Part shown: piece by piece, positions 50,397-64,000 of the stretch
Layout: the number at the start of each line of letters is the position of its first letter
Position numbering within the stretch: the stretch's first letter is position 1
From: Octopus vulgaris
Lineage: Eukaryota
DNA length: 64,000 nt
Direction of reading: 5' to 3'
Assembly (NCBI GenBank): GCA_951406725.2
Contig: OX597819.1
Span: 74,958,001-75,022,000 of the forward strand
Made by a program: the position numbers and the translations under genes
Notes under the pieces: model-generated
What the model was told of the DNA's origin: nothing
The model's input: only the letters and a program-made list of their open reading frames with translations
Databases searched by the model: none

Positions 50397-50899
50397 TTAT
50401 AGAGACTATAATACAATTAACAAGAACAATATGGCCACCACCATCAACAAATATACATCCCACCGTTATCATCACCACCATCCCCAATACCAAAACCAAT
50501 ACAACCAACACTTCACCACTAACTCACCAGCTTTTGAATAACTAACTGGCAACATCAATAATAGTATTAGCATGAGCAGTGTTTGTAGCTACATATGTGT
50601 ATGTCAACAGATTGGTGTGTGTGTTTATGAGAGAGCAGGGTATGGAATTTTTATGGTTCAAATTAGAGGTGCAAGAGGCAAAATGTCCATGAATCTTGAA
50701 ATCCATCCATTAATTGTAATCATACAGTACTCCTTTCCACCACACTTTTTAACTCTTTCATCTTCTTATTTCCATTTTTACACCTATAGAAAATAGACAA
50801 GTTTTTGCTCTCCCAAAACAGTTTATTCTAGGTGCTACATTTTTTATAACATATTTGTTGAGGATAATTGCTGATCACCGCTGCTAACCTACTAATCTT

Positions 50900-52140
50900 T
50901 ATATCTGGTTAGTAAAGGCTAATTTGAAAGGTTCAAGAACTTGAATTTGCACAACATAAAATGACTGTTGAAGCTGCCAGTGTTGATAGAGCGGCTGCAA
51001 CTAATTATCTTAAGCAGTGAAAAATGTTTGCTTAGGTAGCTACACACCAATGGAAGCATGCAATGTTGATGGATTTGCACTTTTATGGAGGCACTTGCCT
51101 GTTAGACATTCATTGTTAGAACTTATTTCTCGAGAACTCGAGAAGACGAATCAACAGCATCATTTAACGTTTCCAAAAATTGCCTGACGCTTCCTCTGGG
51201 AGGAAATGCCACTAATGATATAAAATTAAATCCCCTACTCGTGCACCACTCTGAAAATCCAAGGACTTTCAAGAGTCACACAAGGTTGAATCTGTCTCTG
51301 ATTTGGCGTTCAAATAAGAACGTATGGATGGCCAAGAACCTTTTCGAAGACCGGTTTACAAGCAATTTTTATCCTGTCGTTGAAAAGGACAGTGCCAGAC
51401 ATAAGTGCCAGCAAAGCATTGCACCTTTTAGCCAATGCACTATGTAACCTAGTGAACGTAAATGGCCTTTCTGATGATGGGAGAGTAGAATAGTAGAATA
51501 TATCTCCAAGAGATCTTTGCTCCAGCCAGTGGATCAAAGTATGGGAGATAACTTCAAGGCATATTATTTCAGAACTTTCAAACAACTCATGAAAGCAATT
51601 GACAAGAAAAAAAAAACTTTAGTTGGATACTTCTGGAAGAAGTTCAGCATAATGAAAGTTGTGGATAACATAGCTGCATCATAGGATGAAATGAAAGTCT
51701 CAAATTTGAATGGTGATTGGAAAAATATGCGACCAAACTGTATCCGCGACTTTAAAAGTTTTCCACAAGCAGAAATTTTCTGTCACATTGTTAATGGGGT
51801 AGCGTTTGAGGAAGTCATAGAAGATGCTGCTGGGGTTCCTCAGAGAAAGTTTATCAAACAAAGAGTTGATGTTGTTAGAACAAAAGTAAATTGAGAATAT
51901 AAATGAAAATAGGGAAATTTCCCCATCTCCTCTTTAACTAAGAGACAAAAATATTGCTAAAGCATCGGCACTTTTAGAGAAAGGACTGAAAATGTTTGCT
52001 AACGACCCTGATCACGAATGTAACATAAAGAGTTTACAATGAGCCCAGTTTCTAGACATAGCTGTACGAAGAGATGATGCGCCATAAACAACAGACAACA
52101 TTGTATAAGTTCTTCACTCCTCAAGCAGATATTGATGAAC
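50900..52140 (+). mobile_element. Tigger/pogo (TIGD1-like DDE_1) transposase fossil
   Basis: SKG*FERFK..LHNIKMTVEAAS, LTLPLGGNA..KLNPLLVHHSENPRTFK..IWRSNKNVWM..FEDRF, LLQPVDQ..FKAYY, FWKKFSI, KQTTLYKFF. Confidence 0.85.
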
Positions 52141-52204
52141 TATAAGATAGAATATAGTGTCCCTCATCCTCCCAATAGCTCATTCCATATCATCATCCCT
52201 CACA

Positions 52205-53030
52205 TAGTAGTCAATATCTTAAATAGTCTTGGCTATTAATTCTGCCATGAAGGGAAACCACTGGGCCAGTGGATTTCAAAGATATAGCCCCACCAACAGG
52301 TCATCACAGATCCTTCTCCATGTTTAACAATTGGAAGAAGGCAGTCTGGGTCAAATGCTTCTTTTGGTTGTCTCCACACTTATACTCGGTCGGTGGTCGG
52401 GAATAAGATAAAAGATGACTCGTCTGAGAAAATAACATTCTTCCACTGCACTAGGGACCAATTCTGTAGGTTTTTTACTCCACTCTAAACGCTTTGCAAC
52501 GTTTGTTTTCGGAAGAAGTGGTTTTCTGGTTGCAGCCCTCCATGAAATCCGGCTTTGTGCAGCTCCCGGTCATTAAGCTCTGCAGTAATTTTGGGAGCTG
52601 TACTTTTGTGATCCTTTCTAACAATTCGCGTTAGAGTGCGGCGGTCCCTATCTGAAAGTTTTGGTTTTCTTCCGAAGTTTTGTTTCGACGAGAAGGTTTT
52701 TCCCTCTTTCTCAAAAGCTGTCATTACTTTCGAGACAGTACTTCTTGATACACCAAACATTTCAGCTGTTTTCGTTACGCTACCACCTGCCATACGAGCA
52801 CCAACAATTTAATCTCTTTGAAAGTCCGATAGATCTGTCATTTCAATGAATTTTAATTACCTTTCTCTGTTGATATCTGAAAATAAACAGCAATTTTAGC
52901 AAAACATATTAAGCAACACTAATAATGAATAAAAAAAAACATAAAAATAAATAAGCTTTTGGCGGTTTTATAGATATTTCAAACTTATGATTCTATGATG
53001 CTAGGTATTTCCATTATTTTGTCCAACCCT

Positions 53031-53032
<2 letters not shown>
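52205..53032 (-). mobile_element. Tc1-like transposon, 5' TIR plus partial transposase
   Basis: TIR caagggttggacaaaataatggaaatacc. Translation MTDLSDFQR..IVGARMAGGSVTKTAEMFGVSRSTVSKV..GRKPKLSDRDRRTL and FSDESSF..PIVKHGEGSVM. Confidence 0.9.
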
Positions 53033-53086
<54 letters not shown>

Positions 53087-53296
53087 ATATATATATATAT
53101 GGATGCATGTATGAAAGTATATACTACACACAATATATGTGTGCATGTATTTATATATTAAGAATGTGTGACTAAAGAAACACATACTATTTTAATATCA
53201 GTTTGTCGTTGACTTCAAACTGAAAGTCTAATTAGGTTTTATGTAATAGCACACCCACCTATCTTCCACAGTGTACTTTGAAAATAAGTTAAACTG

Positions 53297-53440
<144 letters not shown>

Positions 53441-54545
53441 AAATTTCATTCTCACTGACTGATTAAGAAGACTCTCTGTTCTTTTTGACTCACTTTCTCG
53501 ATTTCCTTTTCGCTCCCCTCCCTACTCGCTTTTCACCCTTTCTTTCCCTCTATCAATGTGTGAGCTCGTACGTTCGTGTTAAAACATAGGTTTCTTTACA
53601 TACGAGCGCTCGAACAGAGATTAAACCAAGAAAAGGAATTTCGGACAGAAATTATGAAGAAGCCCTCTCACAAGAGGAAGAAAGAGAAGAGTGTATCTAT
53701 TCGAGTGCTAGACTTAATCAGTTGCTTGATTTAACCTCACCACCTCTTAGTCCTTGAATGCTTTTGGTAGAGTCCATTCTGTTGCAGATATTGGAATCAT
53801 GCTTCTGGTGTCCTTGTCCTTTTCATACAGCAATCTTGACGTCCTACAAAGAGGTTATAGCCGCTATCCTTCCTCAGATTAACCCATAAATAGGTATTTC
53901 AGAGTTTTGGCAGAAGTATAACCGAACCTGGATCACATACTTGACTCGCTGAGAACATACCAAACACACTATAGTGAAAATATTCACGTACATCTAGAGA
54001 CAGTGTACCTTATAAATCTATATCGACCATACCGAGCCAATAAGGGAGCCTCGTAAGTTTGCTTGATGGAGACTGGTTTTGGAGCTAAGCAATAATAGCA
54101 GTAATAACAACATTGAAGTAATGAAGTCATACGACACATGCATGGAGAGTTTCTTCGCTTCTGGGTGAAATTTCGTCTGCATTCAAATCTGAAATATGCT
54201 GTCCAAATTTCTGAAAACACACATACACACACACACACACACACAAACATTTCAAGCCTTAAAACCAAAACATTACTTCAATATAAGTTACATACCTATA
54301 AATTTGGAAAATTAGAGATTCATTAAATTTCTCAGCATAGATGCGCTTCCGACAAGTTCTTATGCTCTTGCAATTGGCCCCGAGAAATGAAAAGCTTCTT
54401 CACGTTTGTAGGAGACTGTAAGAACTATTGTCCTGTAAAAAGAGACGAGATATCGGATTATGGAGTCATAGATCAAAGACAAAATGTCTGGAATGCCTTT
54501 ATTCATAAACTGACCTGGGGGCTAAACAATGACGACGACGATGTC

Positions 54546-55219
<674 letters not shown>

Positions 55220-56519
55220 GTATGTTCACTCACCATGTATTCACATCGTCTCTGGTTCTCTTTAAACGACCGCCTATTAAACTAATTTCCACATGCGCCA
55301 ACAAAGAAGCGAATATTTAGAATATATTCGCTCGATCTGCTAGAAATAACGCTCAAATTTCTTCCAAATCACATATAAGGAGAAAAAGAAAAAAATGGAA
55401 GTGTGCGTTGAATAACGTAATCCTAGATATAATAAATGAAAAAAAAAATGAAGGGATAGTCATATTTGGAACATTTTTGATCTTCGGTCTCCTTAATGAC
55501 CAAACTGACAGTCACAGTAACAACGACGACGTATATATATATATGTATTCATACACAATGCAATCCGCACACGCATCATCCGTATCTCTTGAGACAATTT
55601 ATTCACCGCTAACTAAACTGATTCTTACGTAACCTTGAACACTCTAAATAAAATGTATGGAAGAACATACGAGCCTATATATATATATATTTTCTTTTTC
55701 GTTCATTATATTTATATTATGTTGAAAGACAAAAGTAGTAGCAGCGTATTTTGTACCAAGCAACAAAAACTCGGGTGCATGTAATTCAGATATCGTGTCG
55801 ATGTCATATGTCAACATCTGACATACGCAGATAAGAAGACATCTTTTTTGACTGTTGTTATTCTTTAGATTTTATTTTGACTATGCTAATTGTATTACAC
55901 ACACACACACACACACACATACACACACATGGCTTCTAACGAGAAAACATGATTATGGTTGCACGTGCTTTTGGTCCAAGAAACCAAACTGCAACAATAT
56001 CCACCCCCTCTCTTTTTCCATCGTTCTTTCTTTCTTTGTTTCTGTCTGTCTTCCCCCTCACTCTATTGCTAGTCTACACCCCTCTCGCCCTACCACTATC
56101 TGTCTGTCTGTTTCTCTCACCCCACCTTCTCTCTCTCTTTCTGTCTTTCTCTCTCTGTCTCTGTCTCTGTCTCTCTCACTCATCCATATTTTTTTAATGT
56201 TCTGATTTTTCAATCTCCTCCAGTTTTTTACCTTTTCTTTCTGATTTTCTTTGCAATCAAATTATTTTCTTCATACTTCAATAAGTCTCATTATTTCTTC
56301 TTAATATTATCTCATTTCTTTCAACATAAAGCTCTGTGTGTGTGTGTGCGCGCGTATGTGTGTGTCTGGTAGGATTAGTGGAGTGCTGGACAAAAGTACA
56401 TTGCGATATCTAACCAACGAAGGAACATCTAAATCGTCGCCTAATCTGCCAGAAATAGCAGCCAAATCTCCCTCAAATCACAACCTATCATCTTAACAAT
56501 AAAGATATCCATCCCTCAA

Positions 56520-56910
56520 GTTCGATCTTGCTTCTGCACTTGTATCCGCAGTTACCAGGGAAGATTTTTTTTAAGGAAGACTAGTAGTTGCCCCTCTCGA
56601 CAGTGAGTGTGTTGCCCTAGGCAGCCCTTAAGAATGCCCCTCCCACCACTCCTGGCTCCCAGGAATATACAGGCTTATACAACAGACCCAAAAGTGCCGC
56701 CCCATAAAAGAGTCGCCGGAGCGGACACCGCCTCGCTTCCTACCTCTAGCTAAGCTGCTGCCTCTCGAAACCACCGATGTTTATCCAAGGGAAAGGTCGC
56801 CAACTTTGGTCGGTACAACTTAGCATCAGTATTGTTGTAGAGGTTTCCGTTAGCCGGATTCGATACCTCGAAATATCTTGCTCAATTTTCCGCCAGTCTA
56901 TCACCTTGGA
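56520..56910 (+). mobile_element. Probable RTE (BovB-like) 5' UTR fragment
   Basis: GC-richer insert. aagggaaagg..ggtcggtacaacttagcatcagt resembles the recalled RTE-BovB 5' UTR motif. Confidence 0.35.
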
Positions 56911-57251
56911 TTGTATCGATTCTGAAAGACACAAAGACAAAGTTGGTTTCATTGAGATTTGAACTCAGAGCACAAAGAATTGGAGCAAATGCCTGAGGTA
57001 TTTTAGCCAATGTTCAAACAACTCTGGCAGTTCGTCGACCTCCTCTATATTAAGAAAAAACACTTCAGATTGTGTTGTTCAAGATGTCCTTAAGCAAAGA
57101 ATGCTTTTTGACCATAGTTCTCTTTAGTTATTGTTGACTTTGGCTGAATAACGACGATGGCAACATTGCAGGACTGCTATATGGGCTACTATTGAGAGCA
57201 CTTGCATTTCTATCAAATCAGAGCCGGGTCACAGGCTGGTTTCGTCTACAC

Positions 57252-57453
57252 CAGGGGTCGGTGAACCGGGGTAAATTACCCCAAGTGGGGTAAAAAGGAA
57301 ATTCCTGGAGGTAATGAGGGTTCATTAGGCATAAGTAAAATTGTATAAAAAACGTGTCCCTGTTATAATTTCCTTCCATTCGAATGAAGGTGGTAACGTT
57401 GGCGTAAATAACTATATTTTGATGTAATTGGTTAAAAAGTTACCCGATCCTTG
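57252..57453. mobile_element. hAT (Charlie-like) MITE
   Basis: TIRs caggggtcggtgaac / gttacccgatccttg, with 8-bp TSD gtctacac / atctatac (NTCTANAN type). Confidence 0.75.
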
Positions 57454-57749
57454 ATCTATACCATGACGTATTCAGGCAGAGACTGAGGCCAAAACAGCTG
57501 CAATTAACTTCTAATTAAGATTTTTTTATCACCGTTCAATTTTTAACCAAACTGTTCTATTTGACTTTTATATATATATATATACGTTTATATATTTGTT
57601 GTGCAAGATTTTTTATGTGAAGTAGTGTGTTGAAACAGATATTGTTATATTTCGGAATAATATTAATGTAAAAAATAAATAACACTGAAGCAAAGTAACA
57701 CCAAATATATATGGTGTGTTTTTATTGGCTAAACTGGCAAAATAATTAA

Positions 57750-57829
<80 letters not shown>

Positions 57830-57832
<3 letters not shown>

Positions 57833-58005
57833 GAGAATTCACAAACAAAAAAGATGAAGACAGGTGGTGTAGACAACAAACAGATATATTAGTATAACGC
57901 TCGGTAAGTGAAAAGTCTTTAACGTTTCGAGCCTACGCTCTTCCACAGAAAAGAACACAGAAAGAAACAAGGAGAGAAAATAAAGAGTGTGTAGTGTCTA
58001 GCAAT
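57830..58005 (-). mobile_element. Penelope-type pseudo-LTR segment with hammerhead-like motif (57921-57948)
   Basis: Minus strand CTGTGGA-A-GAGC(gtag)GCTC-GAAA-CG-TT, next to (TA)n. Confidence 0.6.
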
Positions 58006-58204
58006 ACATGTTTCATTTTTGAGATATTGAGTTTTTAATGATAACTATAAACTTAAATGCTTATATCTATGAAATATTGGGCAATGATTCAGTTTAACTT
58101 TAGTGAGCCTTACGCAATACAAATTTGACGCTCTGTACAGACAACAAATAATGAATTTTTGCATAACATTCTAAATTTCTGAAACGTAACGCACACGCAT
58201 TCAC

Positions 58205-58502
58205 ACACAGATTTAGAAGTTAGAAAAATCTCGAACATAGGAGAATAGCTGTGAATAGCTTCTAGAAAATCGGGTAAAAATACTTCTATAGACGGAAAAA
58301 AAGTAGCCAGCAGTCGCCACAGAGAATCGAACGCTGTACCTCCCAATTGAAATTTCTCCCTCTTGAGACATACAGAGTTCGATTTTCTGTAGCGGCTATT
58401 GGACACTTTTTTCCATCTATAGGCGAATTTTTACCCGACTGTCTAAAGCTGTTTTCACAACTGCTTTCCTACGTTCGAAAGTTTCTTAATTTCTGAATGT
58501 GT
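58205..58502. repeat. Fold-back palindrome / MITE (~135-bp arms)
   Basis: agagaatcgaacgctgta / tacagagttcgattttct, ctatagacggaaaaa / tttttccatctatag, tcgggtaaaaat / atttttacccga. Confidence 0.8.
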
Positions 58503-59059
58503 CATTTACTCAACGCCTCGATGTTTATTTGTGTGCATGTACACACTCCATACACGTGCGCGCACACACACTCATATGAAAGAAAGAGAATGGGAGAAAG
58601 TGCTTAATAATGTATTTTGGAATTATTTTAATGTAAAAATGTTCTTTGGAATACGTAATCTTGAAACGATTTTATTGCAGTAATGTATTTTGGCTACGGT
58701 ATGATATTTTGAAATATGTCAGAATTTGACTGTAATAACTTGCTTCTTTCAATAGATATTTTGAAATGGATTGTAATATACTTTGGAATTAATTAATTGT
58801 AATGTACAAAAGATTAACCTATTTTCTTCTTTTTGCTATTGTTTTTCCACACATATACATACTTATATGAATAACTTAATCATTCATATTTCCGGCATCA
58901 ATAAAATGTAGTGTCACTCAAGTAGCTTTGTGGATAGTGAAGTAGCTGACGGACTAAATGATTGTCAGTATTTATCTATTGTTCATTACCTTTTAAGTTC
59001 AAATCTGACCAGGACTGACTTTGATTTTCATTTTCCCAGGGTCCATAAAAAAGGAAGTA

Positions 59060-59512
59060 ACAGTGGCAGTGTGGTAGGAAGTCTGCTTCCCAACCACATG
59101 GTTATGGCTTCAGTCGCAATGTGTGGAACCTTAGCCAAGTGTCTTCTACTATAGTCTCAGACCAACTCAAAGCCTTTTGAGTGGATTTGGTAGATGGAAA
59201 CTGAAAGAAGCCCGTTGCATATATATAAATGTGTGTGCGTGCGTGTGTGTGTGTGTGTGTGTGTGCGTGTGAGTGTGTATATCTATGTTTATGTGTCTTT
59301 GGGTCTGTTTGTCTCTCACCACCGCTTGAAAACCGGTGTTGGTGTGTTTACATCCCCATAACTTAGCGGTTAGGCAAAAGAGCCGATAGCATAAGTACTA
59401 GGCTTTAAATAAATAAGTCCCGGGGTCTATTTCTTCGACTAAAACCCTTCAGGGCGGAGCTCCACCATGGCCGCAGTCAAATGACTGAAATAAGTAAAAG
59501 ATAAAAGAAAAG
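59060..59512 (+). mobile_element. SINE family A
   Basis: gtggcagtgtggtagg..ggatttggtagatggaaactgaaagaagccc..gactgaaataagtaaaaga. Confidence 0.9.
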
Positions 59513-59859
59513 AAAATCGACTGTCGTTGAGTTAAATAACCAAATAACCTTCAATGAAGGGTTTTCGCCCCGAAATATGTGGCTTTATGGCAATTTGGAA
59601 ATAAATTTCATTCTTTCATTATTTTCCTTCTTTCTGACTTGTTTTCTTTTTTTCTTGGGTTAGTTTTGTTCTTCTTGTTGTTTAGCCCCAAATTAACATC
59701 AACCGACCTAGAACAAAGGTGCTCCAGGCGTAACCTTTCTCTCTGGAATTATTTATACTTGACATTATCCAGTTTGTCCCTTCATTCCAAGAGTTGTACA
59801 GGCCATCGGGTCTTACGGCCACGTATAGTTCTCTGAATTCTGTTCCATCCACCATCCTG

Positions 59860-60100
59860 TGATTCTCCGAGACACATCGTCAGTGATATACCCTGAGGCT
59901 ACTAGGTGTTTTGGGTCTTTCAGCATCAGACATCCTCACTCAAGCGACTCTGCTGGAATTCATCAAGCCCCAGTTTGTTTCTAATTAGTACTGCTCTTTC
60001 CAGAGTTCGATCCTCCTGATCTGCAGCCACTTTGAGGTAATCCCCCGTCTCCACAGCCAACCTGATGTGGTCTTCCACCTCTTGGCGCTTCTGATGACTG
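59860..60100 (-). mobile_element. Possible HERO/R2-group non-LTR 3' end fragment
   Basis: Minus frame KTTSGWLWRR resembles the HERO C-terminal AE.AS.WLW.RR. Downstream gatgtctgatgctgaaagaccc..aacacc..atcactgacgatgtgtc resembles the recalled HERO 3' UTR. Confidence 0.4.
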
Positions 60101-60994
60101 GTTAACTTATTTCTTGAGGTTACGTTTTAATTAGGCTGATATTAGCAGTTTCTTTTGTCTTATTTCCCCTCAAGGTTGTTAATAGTATAAGGGAAGTGAA
60201 CTAGTTTCAACCAAAAATTGAAACCATTTCATGGACTCGATGCGCAGAAAACAAATTTTATTTTACTACATCCATAGATTGGTTTTTCATTGATATCAAA
60301 TTAAAACAAATGAAGAAACTGAATATGTTCAGTTATCATAAATATGGAGAATGTAAAATCTTACATTGATAAACACGAGATATATGGGTCAATGATGATA
60401 CAGATATGATATAGATATGTTTCCAAGAATGAAATGATAACAAACCACAAAAACATAATTAAAATCTAGTAATGATTCCGAAGAACCGCACTTTTGAACT
60501 GATAAACTAAAAACTTTATAATTATATACTGATTATATATATACATTATAGCAACCTGGTTTAGTGGTTAGAGCGACTGCACAGCTTACAGTAGGTTTAG
60601 ATTTCGATCTCAGCAGGCAATAGTCGATGCCAGCTATGTCCAATTTCATTGTTGCTGTTAAAACAATTACTTCCAATTTAGTGAAGGTTTCTTCAGTAGT
60701 TTTACATGAATTAGAATCAAAATCTAACGAACCATCGTGGGACTGGACCTCCACGTAGTCACTCGATCTGTAGAAAATAGCTGCTAAATTCGTTCAAATT
60801 ATACACCACCGTTTTTAACCCTTAACTTGGCCAAAGCATTTTAATAAGTTTGTCCTAAGTTTGTCTATCATATATGATAGACATGGCAATGCCTATCATA
60901 TATGATGCATGGACGCCAGGGAAATATGTCTTGTGTATCAAATGTAATACAAAAGATAGGAAAAGGGTCAAAAAGGGTGGGATTGATTATACGT

Positions 60995-61346
60995 CTCTCT
61001 TTTACTCTTTTACTTGTTTCAGTCATTTGACTGCGGCCATGCTGGAGCACCGCCTTTAATCGAGCAACTCGACCCCGGGACTTATTCTTTTTGTAAGCCC
61101 AGTACTTATTCCATCGGTCTCTTTTGCCGAACCGCTAAGTAACGGGGACATAAACACACCACCATCGGTTGTCAAGCAATGCTAGGGTGACAAACACAGA
61201 CACACAAACACACACGCATATATACATATATACATATATACATATATACGACGGGCTTCTTTTCAGTTTCCGTCTACCAAATCCACTCACAAGGCTTTGG
61301 TCGGCCCGAGGCTATAGTAGAAGACACTTGCCCAAGGTGCCACGCA
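60995..61346 (-). mobile_element. SINE family A, 5' truncated, young
   Basis: Near-identical to 42511-42860. Confidence 0.9.
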
Positions 61347-61685
61347 ATATATATTTTTTTTACATGCTGGAATGCATCTGAGCTTTGGTTAGCTCGTTCA
61401 AGGTTGAAGTGGAGTGAAACAACAACTTCTTTAATCAACCGTGAAGGTAAGAAAAACATCAACTTCAATACAGAACCTAAAGGTATAAAGCTGAATACTA
61501 CAAAACCTTTAGTTGGGCGTTTTACTGTTTCTGAAAACTCCACCGCTTGATTGTCATTGTTTTCTCTACGTAGTTGATTGAGTTGGTAGAAATAACAGCC
61601 AAAGCTCAACTAAATGATACTATTGCTTTCTTCAAAAAAAAAAAAAGAAGAAAGGATTCAAAAGTACATTGGGTTATTTTTTCTT

Positions 61686-61884
61686 ATTTTGGCACAAGGA
61701 CAGCAATTTTGAAGGCAGGGAGAAGTCGACTACGAGTTTTTAAGTGATACTTTTTTATCGACCACGAAAGAATGAAAGGCAAATATTGACTATGACGGCA
61801 CTTGAGCTCAGAACGTTAAGAATGAGAAGAAATACCGCTAAGTATTTTGTCCGGCGCGGTAATGATTCTGCCAGTTCGCCACCT
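61686..61884 (-). mobile_element. SINE family B, old
   Basis: atcgaccacgaaagaatgaaaggc..gattctgccagttcgccacc. Confidence 0.8.
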
Positions 61885-62234
61885 TAGTGATACATCAAAT
61901 AATGTAGTCCGGAATATATAAACAGAAAGTATGATCAATCAAAGATGAAATGTCTTTAATTATCAAGGTTGATCTGAGATTTAACAACAAAGACATCATC
62001 ATTTCCAACAAGAACATTTGCTCTTAATAACAGGAAAAATAATTATTGAAATCAAATCTGAACGGATTTCTCTTTCTTTCTATCCATCCGTAGCCTTGGA
62101 AAAGGAAATGACAAGACAACCTCCACATGGCCCATCAACCTGCAAAAATAAGGATAAAATCTTCCAGACGTCACTCTCCAGACGTCTGTCTTAGAGAAAG
62201 GGAGAACACAATGGAACTTTGTAGTCTTATTCCT

Positions 62235-62469
62235 TTATTCTTTTATTCTTTTACTTGTTTCAGTCATTTGACTGCGGCTATGCTGGAGCAGTGCCTTTAG
62301 TCGAGCAAATCGACCTCGGAACTTATTCTTTGTGAGCCTAGTACTTATTCTATCGATCCCTTCTGCAGAACCACTAAGTTACGGGGACGTAAACGCACCA
62401 GTATCGGTTATCAAGCGATATTGGGGGGACAAAAACAAACACACAAACACACACACACACACACGCACG

Positions 62470-62515
<46 letters not shown>

Positions 62516-62687
62516 CATATATACAACGGTCTTCTTTCAGTTTCCGTCTACCAAATCCACTCACAAGGCTTTGGTCGGCCCGAGGCTATAATGGAAGACA
62601 CGTGCCCAAGGTGCCACGCAGTGGGACTGAACGCAGAACCATGTGGTTGGTAAGCAAGCTACTCACCACTCAGCCACTCCTGCGCCT
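62235..62687 (-). mobile_element. SINE family A, full-length
   Basis: Ends cagccactcctgcgcct. Confidence 0.92.
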
Positions 62688-62774
62688 TATATATATACTT
62701 TATTTAAAAGCAGCAGAAATATCACAAAAACTTTTATTCAGTTTCACGTTCTCGTTCGTCGGACATTTTTGTTA

Positions 62775-62848
<74 letters not shown>

Positions 62849-63172
62849 AAAATGAGGGTGAAAAATTAGATATTAATTTAATTAACATCGATTTCAAACC
62901 AATGGTCTAGCATATAAAAAAACTCTAGCTAGAGTTTTCTTCTCTTTCCAGCACATACATGCACATTTTAAGCGTTAAGCAATTTTATATTATTTTTCAT
63001 ACGTAAATAACCATACTCATTTAGATACTTTAGTATTAGTATTACTTTACTTGAACATAAAAGAACCAGACAGTAGTTTGAAAGTGAATGAATGTATGAG
63101 AAAGAACATGAAAAATACACAAACGCGCGCGCGCGCACGCACACACGCACGTGCATATATGTGTGTGTGTGT

Positions 63173-63460
63173 AGACGCGCAATGGCCCAGTGGTTAGGGT
63201 AGCGGACTCGCGGTTGTAGGATCGCGGTTTCGATTTCCACACCGGGCGTTGTGTGTGTCTATTGAGCGAAAACACCTAAAGCTCCACGAGCCACCGGCAG
63301 GGGGTGGTGGCGATCCCTGCTGTACTCTTTTGCCACAACTTTCTCCCACTTTTTCATCTGTTGGCCAGCGGGGTGGCGTCATTTGAAGGCTAAAACAATG
63401 CGAAGCGCATTGTGACCAGTGATGTGTAGCAACATCTGATAGCCGGTCACGGTGATCACG

Positions 63461-63465
<5 letters not shown>
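63173..63465 (+). mobile_element. SINE family C with short alternative tail
   Basis: The head and body match 24943-25115, and the tail differs. Confidence 0.85.
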
Positions 63466-63498
<33 letters not shown>

Positions 63499-63565
63499 CG
63501 CGTATCTTGTTTAATGTCGATCGAATGGAAAAAAGCCCACTGAATGCATATTGTAGAGGATTTTT

Positions 63566-63700
63566 TTAAAAACTGAAGCTGAGGGTTTGTCTCACGACTC
63601 GAGTTTCACACCATTGCAATCTTAAGGCGAAGAAGATCGCCTGAAGATCGCAGTGGCATGAAACTCGAGTTATGAAACAAATTCTCAGAATAAGTTTTAA
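63566..63700. repeat. 135-bp hairpin (~64-bp arms, 6-nt loop)
   Basis: ttaaaaact..actcgagtttcacaccattgcaatcttaaggcga-agaaga-tcgcctgaagatcgcagtggcatgaaactcgagt..agttttaa. Confidence 0.85.
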
Positions 63701-64000
63701 TAAAATTACAAACACGCACACACGCGTGCACACATGCACACACACATGTATACACACACACACACTTTCCTCGCAAAATAGTATCTTTTTTATTGTTTTT
63801 CAAAGATTTCAACAATAATCACTTTTTAAGGACGGTATACATTGATTATTTCGCACGTTTCAATATCCAGCCATCGATATGTGTATTTGTGTATGTGTGT
63901 GTGTGCTGCTAGTTCTAGCTTTAAATAGAAATAATTAGAATCGGTGACATAATTCCTTTATTTATAAACAGAAGAAATATTGCGCCTGAAAGCAAACCAC

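Noticed and set aside
59551-59580. Hammerhead-like tcaatgaagggttttcgccccgaaata
   Set aside because: The core has multiple substitutions and no stem I or III. At most a relic.
63173-63250. tRNA gene
   Set aside because: The A/B-box head continues into a SINE body repeated at 24943, so it is a SINE head. The same applies to the family A and B heads.

Overview
This is AT-rich, repeat-dense eukaryotic non-coding DNA. The SINE families and abundant (TA)n/(CA)n/(TATC)n tracts resemble cephalopod (Octopus-like) genomes, which is an inference from recalled repeat sequences. I found no intact host gene, RNA gene or CRISPR array. The first ~28 kb is a graveyard of non-LTR retrotransposons. It holds seven mutually divergent copies of a Tx1/L1-type ORF1 (gag-like, CCHC zinc knuckle), two Tx1 ORF2 remnants with RT, and RTE fragments, one with a 5' inversion. 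The remainder is dominated by four SINE-like families (called A-D here), Penelope-like (GIY-YIG) remnants with minimal hammerhead ribozyme motifs, fossil DNA transposons (Merlin, Tigger/pogo, Tc1, hAT and Kolobok-like MITEs), fold-back palindromes and microsatellites. The most interesting signal is an apparent Tx1-dependent element family set: a Tx1 LINE, ORF1-only or internally deleted derivatives, and a young SINE subfamily that share one 3' terminal motif. One derivative also begins with a SINE-like head. Coordinates of decayed elements are approximate, and all alignments were made by eye.
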